Assembly: GCA_044892525.1 (NCBI GenBank)
Contig: CM097885.1
Coordinates: forward strand, 11,410,001-11,474,000
DNA from: Schmidtea polychroa
Taxonomy: Eukaryota
Reading direction: 5' to 3'
DNA length: 64,000 bases
The position numbers and the translations under genes are program-made. Below, in pieces: positions 11,271 through 22,269 of the stretch. Position 1 is the stretch's first letter. Each line of letters begins with the position of its first letter. The notes beneath the pieces were generated by a model that saw nothing but the letters and a program-made list of their open reading frames with translations, did not search any database and was not told where the DNA came from.

Positions 11271-11656
11271 ATGGAGTAAGTTGTTTTTTTATACTCTGGA
11301 TTTATTTAAATAGTTCTGTTCAGGTCAATAAAATCGGAAAACAGATATTGGGAAATGAATTTGTTGGAGTTTTTCCTCTTGATAAAATTCCTTATTTGAG
11401 CAATAATCAAGCAATAATCGTCAATACTCAATCGTCTCATCTTGGTGGAGAACATTGGATAGCTATATATGTGAAACCTGGTAATATATTCGTGTTCGAT
11501 CCTATGGGTTTCTATTACCCAGCTTTGTTGATATCAAAACTACAAACAATGGGAAAACCTATTGTGTATAATAAAACTATGTTTCAAAATCCTTTGACCC
11601 AAACATGCGGTCAACATTGTTTAGCTTGGTTATTGTACAAAAAATTTGATGTTTAA
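11271..11656 (+). CDS. Adenain-type cysteine protease; exons 11271-11275 and 11314-11656
   Basis: GEHW, FDPMG, Q..TCGQHC catalytic motifs. ATGGA|gtaag..atag|TTCT splices to MDSVQV; the same intron is in the second copy. Confidence 0.9.
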
Positions 11657-11753
11657 AGAAAAAAATGTTTAATAAATTTGATGTTTAATAAATGTATCCT
11701 TTCCTTTGTTGTTGTGTTATTATTATTATTATTAATAATATTATTATTATTAA

Positions 11754-11838
<85 letters not shown>

Positions 11839-11964
11839 ATTATTAATATTATTATTATTGTGAAAAATATTATTATTATTGTGAAAAATATTATTATTGT
11901 GAAAAATATTATTATTTTTAATTATTTTTATTATTATTCTAATAAATATTATTATTTGTAACAT

Positions 11965-12215
11965 AAAGACTGCCTTTGCCTGAGGCATGCACAGTGCAAG
12001 TTAACAAAGGCATGACTAACAAAGGCAGTCACATGTAATTCTGACTGATTTACATTACATACATGCATGCGTGTGATTGGTTGAGAGAGTAAAATATTCA
12101 GTGTATATGTGTGTGTGTCTATATTCTCATTGGCTGGGACAGGAAAATATTCATTCTCTTTATAAACATTGACAAATCTAAAATTTGTCACAATTATTTT
12201 AAAATTTTGAAAATC
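11965..12215 (+). promoter_or_regulatory. pPolB promoter region, shared with 15420-15677
   Basis: Near-identical in both Mavericks; two inverted CCAAT boxes (ATTGG), then TATAAA followed by a GACAAAT..ATTTGTC palindrome upstream of the ATG. Confidence 0.6.
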
Positions 12216-13059
12216 TATTTCACAATCAATTCGAAAAAAACCAAAATGGAAAACAACAATAATCGAGTATTGAGAGGTCTTTTGACGAATGGTAATTTAT
12301 TTTTTTTTTCTATTTTATTATATTTTATTCTATTTTATTTAGAACCATTCGACTGGTATGAGGTTACCGAAAACGATTCGCTTTTAAATGTAGAAAATAT
12401 CTTTGGTAAATTTATAATTTTAATTTTTATTAAATTAATTTTTGCATTTAGAACCTAGTATTATTACTATTAGCGACGACGATGAAGAAATTAATGCCGA
12501 ATCGATTTTAAATACGGAAAATATCATCGGTAAATTTATAATTTTAATTTTTATTAAATTAATTTTTGCATTTAGAACCTAGTATTATTACTATTAGCGA
12601 AGACGAAGAAATTAATGCCGATGAGGATTTGATATTTATTGATGCCCCAGTTAAGGATGTTGGGCAAAACAAGGTTTTCGAAGAAAAAAGTAAATTTTAT
12701 TATTTTTCACTTTATTAAATTAATTTTTCATTTTAGAAAATGTTTCAAATGTTTTCAAATGTTCAAATTCAAATGTTTTCAATGTTGACATTGATGCCGA
12801 AGATTATGAAATTGCTGAAGATGATGATTCCGATAATAGTTCTAATATGGACGAAATGAATGACATCGCTTCTAATGAGGAGGACTCTGATTCCGATATG
12901 GAATCGAAATGTAAGATTCATTTATTTTTATATTTTTTATATTAAAATTTATTAAAATTTCGTAACAACTTTTTAAATATTTTCATAAAAAAAAAAACAT
13001 TTTGATAAAAAATTTTTTAAATATTTGGATAAAAATTATAATGAAACTGTTGAAGAAAA

Positions 13060-13540
13060 TGATTTTATGATGAAAATATGCCAAAAAATTGATGAAAAAA
13101 TGATTTATGAAGAAAATGATTATGATGAAAATATGAAGAAAATTTATGATGAAAATGAATTATTATGATGAAAATGATTTATTATGATTTATGACCAAAA
13201 TTATGATGAAAATGCTTTATGACCAGAATTATGATGAAAATGCTTTATGACCAAAATTATGATGAAAATGCTTTATGATTTATGACCAAAATTATGATGA
13301 AAATGCTTTATGATTTATGACCAAAATTATGATGAAAATGCTTTATGATTTATGACCAAAATTATGCTGAAAATGATTTATTATGATTTATGACCAAGAT
13401 TATGATGAAAATGCTTTATGATTTATGACCAAAATTATGATGAAATAATGACGAAAATTTATGATGAAAATACTTTATGACTAAAATTATGATGAAACTT
13501 ATGACGAAAATTATGAAGAAAATGATTTATGAAGTAAATA
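13060..13540. repeat. Minisatellite in the pPolB intron
   Basis: Tandem ttatgaccaaaattatgatgaaaatgctttatga units. Confidence 0.85.
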
Positions 13541-13638
13541 CTATGTTTTTGAAATTATTATGAAAATATTTAAAAAGTTATTACAAAATTATAGTTATAA
13601 AATCCTTGTAGTTTGCAATGTGCATCTACAATAGTTAA

Positions 13639-13720
<82 letters not shown>

Positions 13721-13795
13721 TAATAATGTAGTCTACAGTAAGCATGTAGCTACATAGTAGTCTACAGTAAGCATGTAGCTACTTCTCTTTTATAA

Positions 13796-13847
<52 letters not shown>

Positions 13848-13933
13848 TAATCTGACCCTTCTACTATAGTCTACAGTAAGCATGTAGCTATATAGTAGTC
13901 TGCAGTGAACATGCAGCTACTTCTCTTTTATAA

Positions 13934-13970
<37 letters not shown>

Positions 13971-14335
13971 GTAGGGTAATGTGTGGACCCGGGAACAAAG
14001 ACATATGACGTCATCGATGACGTCACAAAGACATATGAGTCATACCCCCGGGGGAGGGGTTTTTTTTTTTAAATTTTTTTTTAAAATTTTTTTTTTTAAA
14101 TTTTTTTTAAAAAATTTTTTTTTAAAATTTATATTACGTTGCGGTATTTTAAAATATATATTACGTTGCGGTATTTTAAAATTTATATTACGTTGCGGTA
14201 TTTTAAAATTTATTATATTTTAATTATTAAATATATTACGTTGCGGTATTTTAAAAACTTATTGATAAAAGTTTAATAAAATAAAATTATTATTACACAC
14301 ACACAATATAGTCTACCCGACAAAATATTCTGTTC

Positions 14336-14816
14336 ATCATTCTATAAAGAACAAATATTTGGTGACAGAAGAATGCCTAATTTTATTCTGGTAACATTTC
14401 AAAGTGAAACACAATATAATGGATCTTATACTGCTTCCAGCTCAATTTTCAAAAATTTTGGTGTTACTTCATTGACTTTGTCGAAAAGTACTGATTATAG
14501 AGAAACATATACTCAAGATTTCGAAAGCGATAATTACTGTGCGACATATATGCAGAGTATTGTTAGAAATCTGGGTTACTTAGATAAAAACTTGAATTGT
14601 GGAATAACTCTAGAAGAATTTAAAAGCAAATACCCATTTTTTACATTTGTTTTAGCCCCTGATTTTGATTTAAATCAGATTCAACTACCACAAAACGGGA
14701 ATTTACGACTGGATATTAAGTTTGCAAAAGCTATTACTGAACCGGTACATGTTATAATATATGGAGTATTTGAAAATGAAGTTCAAATTACTGCAAATAG
14801 AACCGTGCTAGTATAA
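14336..14816 (+). pseudogene. 3' fragment of major capsid gene fused to the left TIR
   Basis: Near-identical to 10763-11244; begins immediately after the TIR. Confidence 0.92.
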
Positions 14817-14843
14817 ATGTATACAGAAACACAAAAAGTTGTC

Positions 14844-15228
14844 ATGGAGTAAGTTTTTTGATACTGTTTAATTTTATTAAAGTAGTTCTGTTCAGGTTAA
14901 TCGAATTGGAAAACAAATATTAGGAAATGAATTTGTAGGAGTTTTTCCTCTTGATAAAATTCCTTATTTGAGCAATAATCAAGCAATAATCGTCAATACT
15001 CAATCGTCTCATCTTGGTGGAGAACATTGGATAGCTATATATGTGAAACCTGGTAATATATTCGTGTTCGATCCTATGGGTTTCTATTATCCTGCTTTGT
15101 TGATATCAAAACTTCAAACAATTGGGAAACCTATTGTATATAATAAAACTATGTTTCAAAATCCATTGACTCAAACATGTGGTCAACACTGTTTGGCATG
15201 GTTGTTGTATAAAAAATTTGATGGTTAA
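14844..15228 (+). CDS. Adenain protease, second copy; exons 14844-14848 and 14886-15228
   Basis: Near-identical protein to copy 1; 37-nt GT-AG intron at the same position. Confidence 0.88.
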
Positions 15229-15274
15229 TAAATGTATGATTTTTATTTGTTGACTATTTTAATTATTTGTTAAA

Positions 15275-15341
<67 letters not shown>

Positions 15342-15696
15342 ATTATTAATATTATTATTTTGAAAAAATATTATTATTTTTAATTAATTTTATTATTCAA
15401 ATAAATATTATTAATTCTACATAAAGACTACCTATGCCTGAAGCATGCACAGTGCAAGTTAACAAAGGCATGACTAACAAAGGCAGTCACATGTAATTTC
15501 TGAGTGATTTACATTACATGCATGCATGCGTGTGATTGGTTGAGAGATGAAAATTTCAAGTTACTATGCGTATGTGTCTAATTCTGATTGGCTGGGACAT
15601 GAAATTTTTCATTCTCTTTATAAACATTGACAAATCTAAAATTTGTCACAATTATTTTAAAATTTTAAAAATCTATTAATAATAATATTTAACAAC

Positions 15697-16004
15697 ATGA
15701 ACAACAATATTCAAAGAGTTGACGGAAAGATCGTTGGAGGAATTAATGGTAAATTTATTATTTTATTATTTTATTATTTTTAATATGATTATTAGGTACT
15801 AATCAACAAATGAATATCGACGGACAAGCTGTAGACATGAATAGAATAAATGGTAATAGTTTACTATTATAATCATTATTATTTTATTATGCTTTTAGAT
15901 GGAATAAATACTTCTGCTGGTTCTGATGCTGGAAAATTTCTTTCGAAAGGACGAAAATGTAAGTATTTATTTATTGTTATAAGTTTTTAAGTTTTTTAAA
16001 CAAT

Positions 16005-16058
<54 letters not shown>

Positions 16059-16609
16059 TAAAAGAAGAAACTTATGAAAAGAAGATTTTTTCATGAAAAG
16101 AAGATATTTTAAAAGAAGATTTATTTATGAAAAGAAGATTTATTCATGAAAAGAAGATTTACCTATTTATTTATTTATGAAAAGAAGATTTACTTATTTA
16201 TTTATGATTATTTATTTATGAAAATGAATTAAATTATATATATTTTATAATATTTTTTATAAGATACTATTTAAAAGATAATTTTGAATAATATCTTACG
16301 AAAAATATCTTAAACTTTAAAAATGATTATTATCTTAATATTTTTTAAACATTTTATGATAAAAATATTTTCATAGGTTTGAAATACCAAAACTTTTGTA
16401 ATAGTCAATATCATAATGACTGCGATGATATAATGGAAAGATATTATAGTCATAAATATAACGGTGTCACCTACATCCTATGCCCTAAATGTGAGGTTAT
16501 TGAAGTTATAACGTATAAGGAATTTTATAATAAGCATAGACTCCATCTCCAACAATTTAAACCTTCTAAGAAGTCTCTTTTCTATAGCTTATATGAATCG
16601 TTTGTTAAC

Positions 16610-16658
<49 letters not shown>

Positions 16659-19600
16659 TCAACAACAACAATAATAATAATATCAACAACAATAATAATA
16701 ATAATAATATCAACAATAATAATAATAATAATATCACCAACAATAATACTAACAGCACCAATAATAATAATAATGATATAAACGAAATAAATAATCTAAA
16801 AGATCAAGTAAATAAATTAAATGAACAAATAAATAATCTAATTAATATGAATAAAAGAAAAAATAATGAAAAAATAAATTCAATACCAAGTAAAAAATCT
16901 AAAGTTATTGATGTAATCACAATAAGTGATGATGATGATGAAATAATCAACATAAGTGATGATGAAATTGATAATAATAATAATAATAATAATAGTAGTA
17001 GTAGTAATATTTATTATAATAATTGTATTAATAATACTAATCAAATAGGTTATGGTGTCGTAGATGTCACCAGTGATTTAAATAATAATCATATTATATT
17101 AAAAATGGACGTTTCGTCTTTAGATTTAAAAACGGTCTCTGTACCAGAAATTTTAATAAATAAATTAAATTTATATGTAAATAAATTAAAATCATGTAAA
17201 ATTCAATTTTGTCTAAAGGTGGAATTTATAAAAGATGATGAGTTACAATCTTTTGTAATCTCGAATTCCGCCCGAGTTTGGAGCGATACATTCATTGACG
17301 AAGGTATTGCTCGTTTAAATGAAAAAATAATTAAAATTAATGAGAAAGGTAGTAATTGGACTATCAATAAAATAGAATACATAAGCTTTGTTCTTACTAA
17401 ATTTGCTGAAATAAGTCGATTAAGTGGTAGAAGTTTTATTGAAACCCCAAAATCTTTAAGAAACTTAAGCTGTCTCATTAATGTAGTTAATAATGACCAC
17501 TTCTGCTTTTTGTATAGTTTCTTGTCAATTATTAAATATGACTGTATAAATAGGCAATATAGAAATCGCCCTAATTCCTACAATCTTTCTGAAATTAAAT
17601 TTGATCCTAATGATATGCCGATGAAACTATCAAATATAAGTAAATTTGAACAACAAAATCCGGGTTATAGTATTAATGTTCTTACTTATAACGAAAAGGC
17701 TTTGATTGACATTTCCGATGAAGATGCAGTTATGAAACATCCCTTTATTGATATAATATATAGGAGTAAGATAGTAGGAGCCATACCTATCAATTTATTA
17801 TTAATCGAAAAGAATGATAATTATCATTATCTTGGAAATTCCAAGTTGGAATCACAGACCTAAATAGATTTCTTAATTGTAGGAATAGTTCAATCACTCC
17901 TGTTAGGATTTGTAGTCAGTGGTGCCCTAGATGTTTAAACGGTTTTAGGAATGATGACGCTTTTAATAGACATAAGGGTCTTTGCGATAAAAATCAGCTT
18001 GGTACTACCTTGTACACATTGCCTAAAAATAAATATTTAGAATTTACTGATTGGAGTAAAACAGTTACTCCTCTCTTTGTTATTTACGCTGACTTTGAGG
18101 CTATCTTACTAAAGACACTCGCTACTTTCAACGTCATCTGCCTATTTCTGCCGTTATGCTTTTTATTAATAATTTCACAGGCGTAAAAATTTATAAGTCG
18201 TTCACCGGTTTAGATTGTGTCGATCAATTTCTTACTGAAATTGAAATGATAGGGAAATATATTGTAACTCCTTATTATTATAAAAATTATCAAAAGAAAA
18301 TGATAATTACAGATGAGCAACAATTAATGTTTGAAAACAGCACATCATGTTATTTGTGCAATAAGCCTTTAGTTAGTCCAGTTAGGGACCATGATCATTT
18401 TAGCGGTCTATATCTTGGTGCCGCTTGTACAACTTGTAATCTGTCGAGGCAAATTAGACATACCCTTCATGTAGTATTTCATAATTTAAAGGGTTATGAT
18501 CTGCATCATATCTTGAAATTTGGCCTTTCAAAATATCATTCATGGAATATTAGTTGTATTCCTTTAACCAGCGAGAAATTCCTTAGTCTTTTTGCTAGGA
18601 TTGACTCATTAACTGTTAAATTTATAGACTCTTATCAATTTGTCAGCGAGTCTTTAAATAATGCTGTCAAAACTTTATCATCTTTACCCTTGACCGAATC
18701 AGAATTTCAGGGTACAATAATAACTGCAAAGGGAATTTTTCCTTATGATGTCGCAACTTCATTAGAGGTTTTACATAACACTCATCAGTTACCACCTATT
18801 TGGAAAGATGTGACTCCTGCTAAATATGAGACAGCTCAGCGAATTTGGGTTGAAACTTCATGTACTTCACTTTTCGATTACATGATGGTTTATTTAAAAC
18901 TTGATGTTTTCCTTTTAGCCGATTTTTTCCAGCAATTTAGAGCTAAGTCCATTGCTCATAACCGACTAGAGCCATTAAATTTCTTAGGGATTCCAGGTAT
19001 GTCTTGGAATTCAGCCTTATTAACTTTAAACTCTCCAATTGAGCTCCTCACCGATATGGAGATGTATAACTTTTTCGAGGGCGGTATCCGTGGCGGACTA
19101 ACTTTTTGTAAATAAACATTATGTAAAAACAGACCCGGATACCGCTTTGCTTTACATAAATATAAATAATTTATACGGTTGGGCTTTAAGTCAACCATTA
19201 CCTTGCAGTGACTTTGAATGGGTTACTGATGATAATTTATTAAATAATATAATTGTTGAATGCACAACGGTAGATTTAGATCTGCTTGATTATGGTTATA
19301 CCATAGAAGTGGATTTAGAAATACCGACGTCAATTCACGACAAACTGGACGATCTTCCCGTTGCCGCTGAAAAGATGTGTGTACCGGGTTCGAAAATAGA
19401 GAAGCTGTTGCTTACACATAGCCCCAAGAGGAACTACGTTCTTCATTGGAGGCTTCTACAAATATTTATTAAATTAGGTGTTAAAATATCAAAAACACAT
19501 AGAGCAATTAAATTTAAACAAGATAAAATTTTCAAAAATTATATTAACACAAATACGGCGTTACGAGCAGCGTCGACAAATAAACTCGATAAAAATTTTT

Positions 19601-20499
19601 ATAAATTATTAAACAACAGTCTTTACGGCAAGACTGTTGAAAATCTTAAAAAACGTATTAATTTACGTCTGTGTAATTCTTCACAGAGATTATTAACATT
19701 CTGTTCGAAACCAACTTTTCGTAAATCCACGAAAATCGATGATGACTTGATTTCGGTTTTATTGAGGAAGGACATAGTGTGTTTGAATAGACCTAGTTAC
19801 ATTGGTCAAACCGTACTTGATTTATCCAAACTCAGGATGTACCAGCTGCAGTATGAAGAGTTGCAAAAATATCGCGACGAATTCAACTGCGAAATTAATA
19901 TCGTTGCTGGAGACACAGATTCCTTCTTCTTGGAAATTAAACATTGTAGTCTTGACATTCTTTTACCTGCGATGATTAGAGATCAATTATTAGATACTTC
20001 GAATTATGACCCAAATCATCCTTTATATAGTAGGAACCTTGATTCTGTCATTGGCAAATTCAAAGATGAGAATAAAGGGTTATTATATAAAGATTGGGTG
20101 TTCTTGAGACCTAAATGTTACAGTTTGATGGGTGATGAGGAAAGTATGAAGGCTAAGGGGATAAGTATGAAAGATACTGGACTAACACATCAGTCGTATC
20201 TAGATTGTTATTTAAATGATAAAATATACACAGTCCCTCAGTTTAGAATAACGTCAAAAAATCACCAACTTTTTAGTATTAAAAATAATAAAAGAGCATT
20301 GACATGTAGAGATGATAAGCGAAATTGGGTGGATAAAAATCAAAGTTTGGCATATGGCCATTATAGGGGCGGTGACACCGATATATTTATAGATTCAACG
20401 GAAGCTATCTCAGCAGATGATACAGATGATTTCCATGATACAGATGATTTCCATGATCCAGCAGATGATAATTATTTTGGACATGATTATTTTCGATGA
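15697..20499 (+). pseudogene. pPolB of Maverick-2; exons 15697-15748, 15796-15852, 15899-15958, 16377-20499; frameshifted
   Basis: Phase-1 micro-exons splice in frame to CLKYQNFC; frameshifts near 17840, 18115 and 19105; motif A reads YININNLYG where copy 1 has YIDINNLYG. Confidence 0.9.
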
Positions 20500-20697
20500 T
20501 GTGTTTAAATTATTTAATAAATGTATTGATTTTATTGTCTTGATTATTTTTAACAGTAACTTTGTGAACAATTTTTATACATTGTAATAATAATAATAAT
20601 ATGTTAAAGTTTTGTTAGTTACCTTTATGACCTTTACCCAGTGTGTTAATAAATTTTAAAATTGAATTATTTTCATTTAAATATACTATTAAAAACA

Positions 20698-21461
20698 TTA
20701 ATTTTTATTCATATATCTACAGAAAATATACATTATAACAACTCCAGTTGTAAGTTTTATATAGTTTTTCATTTTTCTTTTGATTTCATCAGTTTCTTTA
20801 AAATTGCAGGCCAGTTTATTTAATACACCCCATCCGCCATTGGCTTCTATCCATGGGGTAAACTTGGAGTTGATTATCTAGAAATGAATATTATTAAAAT
20901 ATAGATTATAAAAGAAATCCTACTTCTAAAGACCAATGATAATAATGTTCTGAATCATGTTGACCTTTTGCAATGATTATCTTCATGTAGGTGAATCCTA
21001 CAATTATCCTTGTCCATTTCATGTCTTCATCGAAAAGACACTGAAATATTCTATTGAAGTAATACTTCTTGGTTTCCAGGGATTCCGTCTCCATCATCTG
21101 CTGATAATCGATATGTTCACCTTCAATGATTTGTTCGGTTCGATTGATCAGGAAATTGAGGCTGTCGACTATATTCGCGGTGACAATTCCGTTTAGAACA
21201 TTTTCCATAAAATTTGGTTGCGACATTTCTAAAATAATTTAAAATATAATGTTTTTATTTATACTAATACCATATGATTTTGATTGGTTGATAGACTATA
21301 AATGTAAAAGAAAGGTTTTGATTTGATACACCATAAAAACTATATTGCTAATTATTATAACGAGTGTGTGCTAACACAATACCTTAATTTTATAATATTC
21401 GACTATGTTTTTTGTTAACCATGATTTGTGATAGAAATTATATAATAATAATAATATCAAC

Positions 21462-21492
<31 letters not shown>

Positions 21493-21568
21493 TATGTTTT
21501 ATTACATTGTTTATTAATACTCTTGCGAGTTGTTGAGCGTGACCAGTACCCTTCTGAGCAGTACCCAT
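20698..21568 (-). CDS. Bcl-2-family protein, about 185 aa; exons 21568-21521, 21295-21271, 21228-20924, 20877-20698
   Basis: BH1-like LFDEDMKWTRIIVGFTY, BH2 WIEANGGW, C-terminal hydrophobic tail LTTGVVIMYIFC flanked by basic residues. All four exons join in frame; the first two exons are less certain. Confidence 0.85.
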
Positions 21569-22191
21569 AGGGGGACAGAATATTTTGTCGGATAGACTCG
21601 GAGTATATAGATTAATAATATATCAATGAGAACACTAACTTGTTGCGTGTGTGGACACTAATAATATTTTTATACATTGTGTGTGTGTGTGACCATAGGG
21701 GAACAGAATATTTTGTCGGGTAGACTATATTGTGTGTGTGTAATAATAATTTTATTTTATTAAACTTTTATCAATAAGTTTTTAAAATACCGCAACGTAA
21801 TATATTTAATAATTAAAATATAATAAATTTTAAAATACCGCAACGTAATATAAATTTTAAAATACCGCAACGTAATATATATTTTAAAATACCGCAACGT
21901 AATATAAATTTAAAAAAAAAATTTTAAAAAAATTAAAAAAAAAATAAATTAAAAAAAAAATTTAAAAAAAAATAAAAAAAAATACCCCCCCTCCCCGGGG
22001 GGTAGGGGGTATGACTCATATGTCTTTGTGACGTCATCGATGACGTCATATGTCTTTGTTCCCGGGTCCACACATTACCCTACTACTACTACTAATAATA
22101 ATAATAATAATATAATCTGACCCTTCTACTATAGTCTACAGTAAGCATGTAGCTATATAGTAGTCTGCAGTGAGCATGCAGCTACTTCTCT

Positions 22192-22269
<78 letters not shown>

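Larger units (their letters stand above)
13970..22093 (+). mobile_element. Maverick-2, an internally deleted Polinton nested in the Maverick-1 pPolB intron
   Basis: TIRs 13970-14335 and 21701-22093 with AGTAG..CTACT termini; flanked by AATAAT on both sides; the same intronic repeat family continues on both flanks. Confidence 0.93.

Noticed and set aside
11653..11988. Poly-I/L/N ORFs here and at 29462, 31649-32154 and 61665
   Set aside because: Translations of (AAT)n/(ATT)n microsatellites.
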